A stretch of DNA of 61,448 nt, filler included, from Dirinaria sp. TL-2023a (GCA_051941275.1; 18 parts of 18 records of this genome joined end to end with filler, not necessarily neighbours in it); one strand, 5' to 3'; counted from the whole stretch's first letter, positions 37,301-50,356 are shown. Translations and numbers: made by a program. Notes: a model not told the origin generated them from the sequence alone.

Positions 37301-37831
37301 GCAGTACAAGGACTTCTTGCTATGCCGCAAAATATTTCATGTCTTCTCGTCTCCGAGCCTTTCTTGTTTCTAGCAAGCCCATCAAAATTGTCAATTACTC
37401 AAAAACATATCGAACAAGAGCTGGGATAACTCAGCTCTTTGCACGAAGTGGGTGAAAATTGCCATTTGGGACTTGAAATGACAAATGAGACTGTACTTAG
37501 ATAGATTTATAGAATGCAGTAGCTGGTTCCTGAGAAACATGAAAATAATAATGATGGCTTGCAACATAGTTTCCAAATGCAAATATTTGACGATACCTGA
37601 GCATAGAACTAAGGCTACACGACGAGTTTGTTGACAAGCTTGGGAAAGTAATTCTCAAGAATGAATATGTGGTTGAATGATTTGAAATAGACTATATACT
37701 GTGGGAGAGCCAAAAAAATACTTCTTATGACNNNNNNNNNNNNNNNNNNNNNNNNNNNNNNNNNNNNNNNNNNNNTTAATTAATTAANNNNNNNNNNNNN
37801 NNNNNNNNNNNNNNNNNNNNNNNNNNNNNNN

Positions 37832-40297
37832 CGCAAACGCCAAACCCGCCTATCTTTCTCCCCACTTCCTTCCTCCTCTCCAGCAGCTGCCATCTATCCT
37901 GAGCAAATCAAAGAAAGAGCAGCCTCGGTTCGCTACGATGGTGACCCTCGCTCATCAGCACAGCCGATCAAAAAGCGTCGTCTGGACAGTAATGGCATGT
38001 CCAGTGGATCGCTTCTCAGCCCCGCAGCGAGTTCTTCACCAGCAGCCCCAAATAGAACCCGCGGAGTGGAAGTCAACGCGACTTCGGAAACGAACGCGCC
38101 GAAGATCGCCAACAAATCTTCTGTATTGAGTCGTGCAGCTTTACCTACCCCTGTAGCTTCTTCCCAGGTAGATGCTATGGAGCCGCAAAGTAAGCCACCC
38201 TAGTTCTACCATGGTTCGGCGACGATGGCCGAATTAGACTCATTCAATACATTAGGTATTCCTAGAGAGAATCAAGAGGCAGAATTAAGTTCTAGTTCTG
38301 AGGACAAGATTCGAACTTCGATCCCCCGGAAACTATTCGGAGGTCGAAAACAAAGTAATATTAACCTTGACGATGGTGTTTCGGATACTTCCTCTTCTGA
38401 AAAACCAGCTAAGCCAGATAATGAAGCTGGGAGAAATAGTCTCGATTCTAGTGCCAGTGACGACAACAAGCCAATCAAGCTAGATCTGAGCGATGAAGAC
38501 CGTCTGCGATCTATAGTTATCTCAAGCAGTGAGGATGAGTCCGATCATCTTCAGAGGGTCGCTCAAGTCATGTCAACTCAGTTCAGCCGAGCAACACCAA
38601 CCACGCCTCCTGTGAGCAGGCCCAGCTCCTCGCGTCGCGCTCGGCCACGCCGTGAAGCCTCTAGTCAGAAGAAGGGCTTACTTTCAGATGCAAGCCAGCC
38701 TGACCGCCAGACAGAGTCGCCTTCCAAAACTGACCAAAAGCCCAAACCAGCGCGTGGATTCACTGCGAGTCCCAGAGCAAGGACCAAAGTGCAGATGCCA
38801 AGGCGGTCAACTAGGTCTTCTACAATGCGCCAACGCCGAATGCAGCCACCTGCCCTTTTAGAAGATAATGGGAATGGCTGCCCTCATGAGGATGCCACCT
38901 CGACTCCTCCTAGCAAAGACAGTGTACCGCTAGTCGACTTTAGTAGTGACGAGGACACTGATATTACCAATCAAAAGACACGCGCTTTCCGAAAGTCCAA
39001 ACTTCAGAAGAGGCCCACTCCTGTAGCCAAAATCGACGAAGGCGACTCCTCAAGCGAAGACGTTGTGACACCGGCTCGGAGGAGACGACTGAGCAAATTA
39101 GCCAATACTTCGCCCAGCAAACCAGCTGAGGATTCCAGTAAAGAGTCTGCAGATGACATACAAGCTGATTTAGAAGACCTTAAAGACAGTGAGCTGCGTA
39201 GTAATCGTACCAGAGGCTTGCAGCGCACCCCCAAGAAAGCTAAGATCCAACAACAGTTGGAACTTCTTCGACAACGCCGCTCTGGTCAAAATGTGATCGA
39301 GGTATCCTCTGCATCAGAATCTATGGCACTATCACGACCAAGCAAACCCCATCCTCGCGATTCTTCATCCGAACAAGCTCCTAGCGAGGAGTCACAGGGA
39401 TCTGAGCAGCATTACGATGAACCCATAGCGTACGCAGACGAAGATCTCGACCAATACGACGATGACTTCGTGTCACAGGACGACGATGCGCCATTGGGGG
39501 CTCCTGAAGGCCCAGACCAATTACCTTTCGAGTTTACCCGACATGCCCATAAGAAGCCAATGGAGCATTTCAAAGACGTTGTGGAATGGATGGTCCACAA
39601 CAAACTGAACCCAGCTTTCCCACGAGGTGACCCTCTCTACGAAGTCGCTTTCTTCAAGGTGGACGATTATGTCAAAGGCGTCGCAGGCTCTAAATTCATG
39701 TCTTCTGCTTGGAGACCCGATTTCCTTGCGACGCTCAAGGAGCGACCGGACATATCTTATCTCGAGACGCGAGGCGTCCTGGAGTACTGTGCAGCCTGCA
39801 ATAGAACAAACCATCCTGCCAAGTTCCAGCTTGTCTTTAGTGGCAGAGCTTACGATCGGAAATCTCTCGAGGATATCTCGGAAGACGAGAACGAGGAGGA
39901 TGAGGGCGCTGGCCAAGATGATACATGGGGGTACAATCCGAAGACATTTTACGTTGGCAGGACCTGTTTTGCCAACGCCGAAACAGCCCACTCCTTACAT
40001 CACTGGCGCTACGCACTCAACCAGTGCGTCCTCGAGTGGTTGCAGCGTAGCGGGCACATGACATCCCAGAAGATCGTCGAACGAGACCGATGGAGCAGCA
40101 AGCGGCGTAGTGAGTATGCGAACGATATAGTGGACGGCATGCAGTCAAGTGGGGAAATGAAGACTCTGTACAAGGAGTTCAAAGAGAACCTGGAGGCCGC
40201 TAGGGAGGCGAAGGTAAGACGCATGTACCATCCCCGCTTGTAGATACTGTACTAAAGGAATTTTTAGAACGACAGGTACGATTACGGGCGGCGATAG
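37832..40297 (+). CDS. DUF4211 (CCDC82-like) domain protein, 5'-truncated
   Basis: Frame open from the contig start (RKRQTRLSFSPLPSSSP), intron near 38190, then a 672-aa ORF with HFKDVVEWMVHNKLNPAF, SSAWRPDF, CAACNR and FYVGRTC...HSLHHWR. Last exon 40268..40297. Confidence 0.85.
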
Positions 40298-40899
40298 TGC
40301 TCATATCCACCAACAGCATGTTTCCTGCTTCGATGGGTGGATGGGATAACATCTCGTGCTGGCTCTACCTCAGCCAAGCGATAATGGCAGGTTGGGCAAT
40401 CCGCCACCAAGTATCACTAGAACCATATCGGGAGGCGGTTCATAACCTGTGCATAATAGAATCAGGTTCAATGAGAGTGATCTCCAACATAAGCTGCTGT
40501 GGTGATGCCAATATGTGGCTGTGAAAACTTTTGCAATATCGCCTCCCATTACCAGATAAGCAACAAACGATTCAGAGATAGAATTTCCAGGGCTAAGAGG
40601 AACTGATAGTGGTCCTTAAAAGCAATCGACTTGTAGAATGCCAATGATGGAACAATGAGCAGATTAGGAGATTGGACCAGCAAAATAAAGTTTTCCCTCA
40701 GAGAAGCGCGCTAAGCGCCCCGGTCGTCTCTATCTTATGACGCTAAACCCTCTGCAAAATTTCATCAAGCTGAGGTATTCGAGCTACACTCGACTGCTTA
40801 AGCTCTCTCTCGCAACACCCCATCCCATCCATATCAAAACACCTTGAACCATCCCACCCATCCTCCATACCTACTACCTCCCAAATCCATTCCAACCCA

Positions 40900-40977
40900 T
40901 CTCTCTCTCTCTCTCTCTCCCAAAAAAAAGGCATCCGCATCACCAAAAACTTCCCCCCCCTCTCTCTCTCTCTCCCA
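40900..40977 (+). repeat. Two (CT)n microsatellite tracts upstream of TOM22
   Basis: ctctctctct...cccaaaaaa occurs twice. Confidence 0.8.
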
Positions 40978-41013
40978 AAAAACCAGAAAAGGAAGAAAAA
41001 AGAAAAAAGAAAA

Positions 41014-41119
41014 ATGGTCCAACTGGAAGAAGTAAAAGACCCCGAACTCAACGCACCGCAACCGGGTCCCCCGCTCCCCTCCGACCTCGAAGACGCCGAT
41101 GCCGATTTCACAGACACTG
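41014..41119 (+). CDS. TOM22: Mitochondrial import receptor Tom22, first exon
   Basis: MVQLEEVKDPELNAPQPGP...DADFTDT followed by a GTCAGT donor; matches the MVQL.EV.D...DFTDT N-terminus of fungal Tom22. Confidence 0.8.
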
Positions 41120-41238
41120 GTCAGTACTCCCTTCCTCCNNNNNNNNNNNNNNNNNNNNNNNNNNNNNNNNNNNNNNNNNNNNTTAATTAATTAANNNNNN
41201 NNNNNNNNNNNNNNNNNNNNNNNNNNNNNNNNNNNNNN

Positions 41239-41272
41239 AAAACCAGTTCCCCCTTAAGGGGGAACTGGTTTT
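41239..41272. repeat. Perfect 34-bp palindrome at the contig start
   Basis: aaaaccagttcccccttaagggggaactggtttt is its own reverse complement. Confidence 0.9.
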
Positions 41273-43935
41273 ATCGAGGGGGTTTTAAATACGCAGGCTT
41301 CGTTCGATGGATGGATAGCAAATGCATTTTTAACAGCTGACTGGACTGCACTGGACTGCGGTAGGTAAAGACATATTAATCCATTTATAATCTTCTTATA
41401 TTGTTAGAGATAGACTTAAGAACGGGGTATTTCTTACCTTTTAGGTCCCTATCTAAGCCTACCTTTGGAAATACTAACGTACTTGTATGTAAGGTATGTA
41501 CCGATATATAGTCTTACTGGTAAGGGAGTTCCGTGGCTCCTGGGTTTTTACTAAATTGAGGGGGGTTTGTGGTAGGTTTGTTAACTTTCTAAGGGAGGAA
41601 AAAAGGGATAAATGTGTTAGATCAATGGAGTGACATTGATGCTGAGAGGGTTTGTATATTTCATATATCATTTCGAGCCTTAAATTTTTCTTCTTCTTCT
41701 TCTTTATCGGTTCCCCACAAGCAAGGTATTGTTCCTATATTGCGGAATGCGAACTCGCGTTCTTCTCATCTGATGAAGAAGTCTATAAGAATCTATTTTG
41801 GAAAGGGTTGCTTGTAGGTTCTTGGATTACACTAAATTCTTAAAAAAGGGGGAAATAGGAAGGTATGTAACTTGACTTTACACATGCGCGCTGCGCTTGA
41901 TGAGGGAAGAGCGTACGTGTAAGGAATATATTGGGGATGAATGGATAAAATGGGAGAATGGGTATGGGATACGGTGTGAGGTGTGAATTTTTATACGGTG
42001 TTCTATTAGATTTAATGAAAAAGAAGAAAAAAAGATTAATGAGATTCCTGAGTATGATACTGACGGAAAAGAGATTTCAGCTGCCTTTTGATGATTTTGA
42101 GGTTTATCGCTTGATTTGAATTGTGATTGAGATGTAAATGGATTCCTACTTACTATATTGTGTTGGTTGCTTTGGAAGGGAATGCTAAGTATTGCCGGGG
42201 GTTTTTTGGACTGGTGATTTTGTTGCTTTTTCACGGGTTATGTGTTTCTGATATATTGGACCTCTTATATTCAAGTCAGGATGATGAATGGCGTATGCAG
42301 CATGTCACCCCTTATATCTACCTGTGGATTTTCCATCCCTTACTCAGATTCCGGGACCTACACTGCTGGCATCACACTTCTGGATCTAGTACTCAGACAT
42401 GCTGAAATCTGTTCCAAGAAACACGTTAGGTAGGAATGGAAGTTGACAAAAGTTTCAACAGGTCCGAGATGGGTTAGCGCAGGACTAGCTTTTCTGATTT
42501 CAACTATTATGGAGCTGGTTACAAGCCGACAAAGATATAAGTGAAACCTAAAAGAAGCTAGCGTTAGGGCTTGAAATCATATGAGACTAAGGTACCTTAT
42601 CTTACTCGGTAGAATTTCTACCTAAGCTGCTATGCATGCGTTTACTTCAGCAGGTGTCTGACTTTGACCTATGTGTTCAGTGGCTATCATGTCCATGGCT
42701 CTGGGACAAGCTGTCGAGTGTGCTGGTGTTAGCATTTTCACATAGTAGTCTTTGCCTCGCGAAGCAGCCGCCATTACGTATCTTCTCTGTCCAGCTGCGG
42801 TCTGTAATGCGACTTCTTATATCTGTACTGTGAAGAACGGTATCAGGATGAGCACTGTGCAAGGCATCAAAATGTAGGGATCATCTTTCGAGAAATTGCA
42901 GCGATGGTCTGTCATCCATAGTGCTAGCTTTGAGGTCTGTCCTTTCTGAAGAAGGCTATCACGATAAGAGCCGTACAGAAGATCAGAATATGCTTCTGCT
43001 GCGTGTCTTTCAAATGGTTAGCTAGTTGGTTAGAATTCATAAGCAAATGGTGCCTAAGTTGACTCTAAAACTTTGTCAATCGATGGCCTGCTTTTCAGCC
43101 TGGATTTGACGCCCAAAATTCAATATCGTCTTCTATGCCTTCTACCTGAATCCCTGTCCCATTGCTATTGAGTCTCTCTAAGGACCAGTTTCTCGGGTTC
43201 AACCTGGTGATATAGTCGGTCTCGTGCTCGCCGCTGGTTCTTCCATCATTTTGACGTTTTGACAAAGAGCAGCCAACTAAGAGGAGAGGAACCCTCGAAC
43301 AGAAGCTTGCTTGACCAGATTGACTCGTCAAAAATTAGTGAACCAGTTAGCTTATGGATGCCCACTACCATTTGACTCGGTAGGAGTTAAGAATAGCTTG
43401 ACAAGTGTTCATGGGTAACATTATGCGATATCTAGCATGAGCAAGGGTTTGATGGACATTGACCCTTCCAAAAACACTTCGGACCGTATACGGAGGGATT
43501 TTGCTTCACGAATCCAGAGGAGGCATCCAGTTTACTCAACTTCTTAGATTTTAGATATTCCCAAAAAAGAAAGTGGAGATCGAACAGGCTTCCCTTCTTC
43601 AAGTGTAATGTGATTCGGGTGGGGACAATACTTTTTCTTTGCATGGCCGATGGCTAGTTTTCGGAACTCTTATAGATAACAAGTGAATTTCATTTCTTTT
43701 GATACCGAGGAGTCATCACTAGGTTCCACTTGGAACTAATGAAAGTCTTCGGTGTGTAATGATTTGTCGGGCTTCGAAATTTCTAGTTGGAGTCATGAAG
43801 CTCCTATTTCCGAACGATACTTTTCGCAATGCAATGTTAACTATGGTACGTGAATGCGAAGCGGCGGCCAATGCATCGTGGTAAAATATACCATTTTCAA
43901 ATGATTGCTCGCGTCAAATCAGGTGATTGAAGTTT

Positions 43936-44505
43936 CTACTCCTTCTCTAATCCCTTCAGGACAGTTCTTGCATCCTCAATACTCGGGTAATCTGTTGAGA
44001 TTGCAGCGATCAGAGCATTGTCAACCTTTGGGAACTCCGCCTCTAATACTTCTTGCTGAGACCGATCTTCAGCTCTGTCGCTGTTCCCTACGGCCGCAGG
44101 CGGCTTTTTGGAACGTTTTTGCTTTTGCGGCTTGATGTAATCTGCTAGACTAGGCGACTCAGTCCTCGAATCAGGATCGTAGCCATCGTAGCGCATATCT
44201 TGGGCCATTCCCCAACGACTTCCTTCTCGCGGACTCGGCTGATAGCTGTTTTGACTTGACGTAGTTGAAGCCTCTTCCGAAAATCCAGCCGATGTGCCTG
44301 TTGTACTACCAGACAAAGGAGCAAGAGATTGCACTCGGCCTATTCGACCATCCGTGAGGCGGACTTTGATGCCCCGGGGATGATCACCTCGGGTCAGAAA
44401 ATTGGCAATGCGACCTTGAGTGAGCTTGCCAGTAGTTTGATCTGCTTTGAGGATGATGTTGACGAAGGCGCCGTTGTACAACTGGGTCATCCTCGGGACG
44501 CTCAT
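43936..44505 (-). CDS. YwbE/DUF2196 domain protein with a C-terminal CUE-like domain
   Basis: VNIILKADQTTGKLTQGRIANFLTRGDHPRGIKVRLTDGRIGRVQ (YwbE signature) and LEAEFPKVDNALIAAI (CUE-like). Confidence 0.85.
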   Translation of the reverse strand: MSVPRMTQLYNGAFVNIILKADQTTGKLTQGRIANFLTRGDHPRGIKVRLTDGRIGRVQSLAPLSGSTTGTSAGFSEEASTTSSQNSYQPSPREGSRWGMAQDMRYDGYDPDSRTESPSLADYIKPQKQKRSKKPPAAVGNSDRAEDRSQQEVLEAEFPKVDNALIAAISTDYPSIEDARTVLKGLEKE

Positions 44506-44644
44506 CCTCCGAATACCGAACTGGATAAGCCTAGTGGATACCTTNNNNNNNNNNNNNNNNNNNNNNNNNNNNNNNNNNNNNNNNNNNNTTAATTAATTAA
44601 NNNNNNNNNNNNNNNNNNNNNNNNNNNNNNNNNNNNNNNNNNNN

Positions 44645-46170
44645 TCTGATAACATCGGTTTGACAAGGTACTGCTGCAGCATCCTCAAGAAAGTATTCGG
44701 AGTTTGTCGTTGATGATCGTCGTCGACGCATTTGAATATTTATGATAACCAATCGAGAGCATTTGGGGCGATTACATAATTGTCACAGCCATGCCACATA
44801 ATATACAGTCCTTCTGGACAATTGAATTACTAACACATGGCGTTCAAGAACGTTCTCGAAATTTTGATCGTTGATGTCCCATTTGAAAGCCAGGACATAT
44901 GGAGATAAGTCATTTAATTCAACTGCTAGAGCTGATACGACGTCTGGCTCGCAACGCTTGCGTCCGAGAAATTGATGCCGGAAACAACTTCAGCGAAATC
45001 AGAGTCAATCATGGGGCGAGAGAAACGTCTTGTAATCATTTCTCTGTCGAAGATCGCGACTCTTCAATCTTCGGCATTGACATTTTGTTCAGAGACCTGT
45101 CGTTGAAGACTTTGCACCCAAGTTTACAACGATCTGGCTATTCGTAACGAAAGACAAAGCTACTTCATTCTCTTGTCGAAGGCTTGAGTCTCATTTGGAG
45201 TGATCGTGATATCATTTACGACTGGTTCTTGGTCGGTTCAAAGATTGAGCGGTAGCGCGGAGTCGTTCTCGGGTGAATCGTTACCGTGGCGACCGCTATA
45301 GAAGACGGCATCGACGTTCTTAGTAAAGAAATCAAGCATATCCGGTTTGGAGACCATTGTTTCGAAAAACGATGGGGCTAGCACAGGGACGTCGACATGC
45401 ACTCGCTCCATGATGTCAACTAGAAGCCCATCTGAAAAGGTAACCTCAGGTGGCGGCGTCATCATCGTAGTCTCGTTGAAAGGTGCATAGATTAATGACA
45501 CGAACAGGTTTCCAGCCTGTGTATTGTCAGCATGAACAAAACAGAAGCAAAAAGTTTCTTTCTAGGACAACTCCGCCAGACCATAATTGTTTGGCCCTAG
45601 GACAGTAGCTAAATACGTATAAAGACGTCCATGATCAGCGCCGCTCCACGGTCAATAAATCGACGAGGAAACTCCTCCTACGGCTCGCGAAGAGAGTGTT
45701 CGATATTCAGTCTGTCACGCTTTTTCAAGCAGCATTATGCTACTCATCTGCGTGATTATCTTCTGCTCGTAAAGCAGTCACCATCTTCAGCGAGAGACAT
45801 GGCCAGAGTCATGGAATGATTTCATAGATTTCTCTTGAACCGTCTGGTGACTCGTTACTATTTGTACCTACAAATACCGCTCTGGACCTATCCCACGAAA
45901 CCGAGGTTTCAGTTCCGTCGAAGAAAAGACGTTCGGAGGCAAGTACTAAAATAGTGACCATGTCTCTTTCACATCTCGCTATATCAACCCCTAAGGCAAA
46001 CGCGCTTTGAGAGCACAAGATTACGTGGAAATGTGATTGAAATATGAAGACCAAAATCCACGCTTCGACTGACCAGATTCACTCGTCTATCAATTGAAAC
46101 GTTAGAATAATGTGTTCGCAGAGCCATTGCGAGATGTGCAGCGATAGTGGCGCTGATTGAAGCCAAGATC
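44645..46170 (-). pseudogene. Degenerate NRPS-like adenylation-domain gene
   Basis: FVHA(intron)GNLFVSLIYAPF...PPP...DVPVLAPSFFETM...DAVFYSG resembles the A domain of fungal NRPS-like reductases. Frames are broken. Confidence 0.5.
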
Positions 46171-46329
46171 ATTGACAGACGATTACCTTGTATTTTCCTT
46201 CTTCTACAATAAATATCTCCAGCACCCAGAAGATGACATTAGTGAAAGGATCTCAATTTGTGCGCATGCTTAAAGAAGATGACAACTTAGCTGTCTCTAA
46301 TGAATCACAGCTTTCCCTAGATTTCCAAC

Positions 46330-46600
46330 CCTTACACGCGAATTACGAGACTCTCGATCGCCTTTCAAATGGAAAACTGCTAGCTGCTTCTTATTCACCA
46401 AGATGCATTGAGGACGCATATTCGTGTACCTCTCTGGAACGAATGCTGATCGCGAGCCATCTCAAAAACCGAAGACGATACGGGAATGTCTACGTAAATC
46501 GAGTCGGGACAAAAAAAAAATTATGATTGTCAGTTGATGCAGAGAGGCTGAAAGAAGCTTGCAAGGGCTTAGTACTCGCTACGAGAGTTGAATAAGAGTG
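46330..46600 (+). pseudogene. Fragment resembling the start of an NRPS condensation domain
   Basis: IEDAYSCTSLERMLIAS...Y..VY...VDAERLKEAC resembles IEDxYPCTPLQEGL...VDxxRLxxA, with Pro-to-Ser changes and a frameshift. Confidence 0.55.
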
Positions 46601-47136
46601 ATTAATCTATCGAATCAAGATATCTCAACAATCTATTCAGCGTCAAGGATGCAGACCAACGTACGCATCGCTCAGCAGGAAAAAAGAGCTATGCCTAACT
46701 ATTTTAGCTTATATGGAATTGGCTGGATATGAAATTACATCCAATTTGGCTATGTTATTTCACCTTGCTCCCTAGATTTTTTCTCAAAAGCCGACCGTGA
46801 ACGCACAGGTCAAAAGTCTCTGGAGCGGACCAACTCACTAGTCCAAAGCTCAACCACCAGCTCGTGCAGCAAGCTTACCGTAGAAAGACTTTTTGATGAC
46901 TTAGAATGGGTCGTGTCATGTCGCTTGATACTTTGCTTTGAAGTATTTCGTCTCTTCAGATCATTCAGAATGCCGAGATTCAGCTACTGATATTCTGCAT
47001 AAATCCATCCGCTACCACCCTATGTCAAAGTTTCAGACTTAGCAATGTTTCTTCGGGAGTCGATTGAATGTATAGAAAATCAAAGCTAGAGATAGCACAC
47101 TACTACAACGGATATTGCAAGAAGCTTCGAGAACCC

Positions 47137-47691
47137 TCAATTTGATTCGGAGATGCACTCAGAAAAAAAAAACACTAACTTTTGATCATACTCCACCGTA
47201 AAAGTTGCACTGAACAGTATGACCTCACTCGCGAACTGCCAGAGCGTCCACAAGACGTCGATCAGGATTTCTGATGTGAATTCATGCCCGGGCGCATGAT
47301 TGTTGCGCATTACGATTGCAATGCTGGTGGTCGAGCAACGATAGAAGTCGCCCAGTGGCCGACTTTCCCCGTCCCTCATCGCCAGCTTTGCAACGTTCCA
47401 GAGACACCGAACGAGGGCGTCAGACAGCGCAGGGACGGGGATACGGTGGCTGTAGCGGGTGAATTCGACGCGGGTACGAGGAGGTGTACCGGGTCCGTTG
47501 ACTAAAAAAGGGTCAGGCGGCCGAGGAAGAGCATTTGGTTGAGAGACATTATTGAGTGTGAGTGTAGGGAGATTGACGGAATTTGATATGTTTGGTAAGG
47601 TGGCCAATGCACTGGCAAAAGAGCCTGCTGTGCCCAGAATGGTGAGGATGAATGTGGCGTAGAGGGAGGAAATCAGAAGATTAGATAACAT
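47137..47691 (-). CDS. Small secreted protein of unknown function
   Basis: 184-aa ATG ORF with a hydrophobic N-terminal signal peptide and a PPDP motif; no introns. Confidence 0.7.
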   Translation of the reverse strand: MLSNLLISSLYATFILTILGTAGSFASALATLPNISNSVNLPTLTLNNVSQPNALPRPPDPFLVNGPGTPPRTRVEFTRYSHRIPVPALSDALVRCLWNVAKLAMRDGESRPLGDFYRCSTTSIAIVMRNNHAPGHEFTSEILIDVLWTLWQFASEVILFSATFTVEYDQKLVFFFSECISESN

Positions 47692-48028
47692 GACTCTCGC
47701 TGGGCTGGTTTATGGCATAGGGAATTCCAAAGATTGGTTGGAATAATTGCTACTGTCGAAACGTAGAACCTCGTCCAACTTGCAGCTGCTTGCGTTAGTT
47801 ATACGAGATGCATGAGTTGACGAGTGCGCGGCAATCGCCTGAGAGCGCTTTTACGCTCCAGAATGTTGCAACCGCCCTGTCTCGCTTCTGGGGAAGCGGT
47901 CCTATCAGCATCCTCGTATAACACATGTNNNNNNNNNNNNNNNNNNNNNNNNNNNNNNNNNNNNNNNNNNNNTTAATTAATTAANNNNNNNNNNNNNNNN
48001 NNNNNNNNNNNNNNNNNNNNNNNNNNNN

Positions 48029-48358
48029 GGTTTTAGGAGGGTGGGAAGGGGGAACGGTGGTCGAGATAACGTACTGCGTTACACCCTCTGGGAAACCACA
48101 GTTCCCCACGTCGGCATCGTCGAGATTGGAGGAATCGGACGTATCGTCTGATGGAGAGGAGGAGGACACAGAGGAGGGGGAGGATGTTACGGCGTTCGCG
48201 CAGTTGATGTGGTAGGTCGTGGCGGTGGAGTCGCTGCCTGCGATGGACGCGACAAGGGATTGTCCTGCATCCGCGTCTGGCAGGAAGAGTGAGACGGTGC
48301 TGGATTGCGCGGAGATGAGAGGGAGCACGGTCAGGAGAGTGAGAGAGAGCGAATGCAT
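48029..48358 (-). CDS. Secreted Ser/Thr-rich (probably GPI/cell wall) protein, 5' part
   Basis: Signal peptide MHSLSLTLLTVLPLISAQ, SLVASIAGSDSTATTYHINC...CGFP, and a GTACGT donor after GVTQ. Confidence 0.75.
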
Positions 48359-49281
48359 GGCTGTGAAGGAACTGATGGTTGCAGTGGGCTGGAAGGAGTG
48401 TACGATTGCGAGAGAATATAAGGGTGATGAGCTAGATACAGGAGAGAAAGGAGAAAAAAAGAAAGAACTGTAAAGACAGAAGAAGGAATAGATTTACTTC
48501 ATGTGCACTAGAGCGCAATAATGCAACAGTACTATCATTTAGCGGTGATCTCTCCTGAGGAGATCCTTGGACATGGGAAAAAAGGGGCTTCCCGGATCTA
48601 GTCATTCGAATCGTCTCCGCGCCAAGCACCTTTTATTGGATGATTGAATTTTGATGCTGCAGTAGTTCGACTAATTTGAAATTATTATCGAGGTAACAGT
48701 CACGTCATATGTGCTTGATATAGCAGCTTCTGAGTAAGGATTTTGTTCCATTGTGAGGCTGATGTGCAGCGATTCCCAAGGACGCAGTCTCGCAGTATCG
48801 CGGATGTGGATGTGATGTCGATGAAATGCGAGATGAACCCAAAGCGGTGGTGCCGGGATCGATGGCGCTAGGGAAACTTACCTTAGATTCGATCACCCCT
48901 GGATCTACTTTAGGGTTAGCGCCACCGCTTTCGTAATGCTATCAACTTCTCAAGAATAGAGAAGCCAGCAACAAGTCGAAACTGCTACCTACATGTGCCT
49001 TAAGGTCCCTATAGAAAATCCAATATTATCAGTACACTCAAGGCAAGATGAAAATTATCTCGGACTTCTTAAAGCATTGTACGACTTTATGATCACCATC
49101 TCTTGAAAATGGCCTCACTTTACTGTAGTCTTGGCATGATTCTGTCGGCCCGGTCTTACTATTAATCGCACTGATCAAGAATGCATGTGTAATATTCTGT
49201 CCGTCAATATTTCGTACTTCCACAATTCACTGCACAATGTGAGGTCTTCGTGAGACCAGTGCTATGAGGATCTTTCGGAGA

Positions 49282-50356
49282 ATGGCCTCTACTCTGTCAA
49301 TACAGATCGGTACTCAAGTGAATGGCACTCGTAGCCAGTATCTCATTTCGGAGCAGCTGCATCAAAGTGTATGGCGGGCAGTGTAAGGATTTCCCTCTAT
49401 TACATGATCCGGCTCGCTTCTTCTCATCTTCCACAGCGATCAGCAGACACAGCAGAATGTCGTTGTCAAAGCCGCTCCGGAATTTTTTCTTCGCAATGAG
49501 CGTGATCTTCTTAAGCGTTTCCATCATCTCCCCTCTCTTCGCCGCCTAGTCGACGAGGTCCAAGAGCCTCCCTTACTGGTTTTGGAGCATCTCGATAGCA
49601 ATCTCTTGATCGAATCTGGCATCAAAAAGCTCCAATCTTTAGATGTCAAGCGTGTTACGAAAGCTGTTCTGCAAGCCTTAGCAGCTTTGCACGAGGAGGG
49701 CATCGTCCATACAGGTGCGCAAAGAGGCATAACTACCACTACGCTCTGACTCCGGTAACAGATGTCAAACCTGATAACATACTCGTCAACCATGGTGACG
49801 GTGGAAGTCGCTTTGGCGATATCAAATTGGCAGACTGCGGAGATAGCACGCATATTGACTCGGTCGTTGAAGAACATATTATTGGAGCTACTATCTTTCG
49901 AAGCCCTGAAGCAATGCTTAATCTCGTTTGGGGTACACCTACAGATATCTGGTCTTTGGGAGCTACTGCAAGGTTCCCATTTGTGATCCTAAGTTATGCG
50001 TTCCATTTGCTGACTCTGTGAAGCTCATAAGCCTAATCTACGGAGAGGGTTGGCATATTTTCACGCCCCCGGGTATCGACCCGACAGACTCAGCACATGC
50101 CATACATGTAATGCGACGGCACGATCAATACTTTGGACCTTTCCCACTAAGCTATAAAACCCTTGCGGACGACGACAGACTTGAAACGCTCACACTTATC
50201 ATCAATTCAGTAGAGAAGCGGACGCCGTTCAGCATGGCTTCTTCTCAGGAAATCGTAAGAGAGGATCGGGAGTTCATCAGAAAGCTGATGCAGCTAGATC
50301 CAAGAGACAGACCATCCGCCAAGGTCTTGCTGCAGGAGCCGTGGCTTAAAGAGTGA
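49282..50356 (+). CDS. Fungal Ser/Thr protein kinase (CMGC/SRPK-like expanded family), 4 exons
   Basis: VVVK, IVHT-DVKPDNILV, LADCGD, FRSPEA, DIWSLG and LDPRDRPSA..LL..PW, joined by three GT-AG introns. Confidence 0.9.

Noticed and set aside
41300..43900. Genes or a transposase in the AT-rich part of contig 13
   Set aside because: Only short ORFs without motifs; no TIR pair or DDE signature found.
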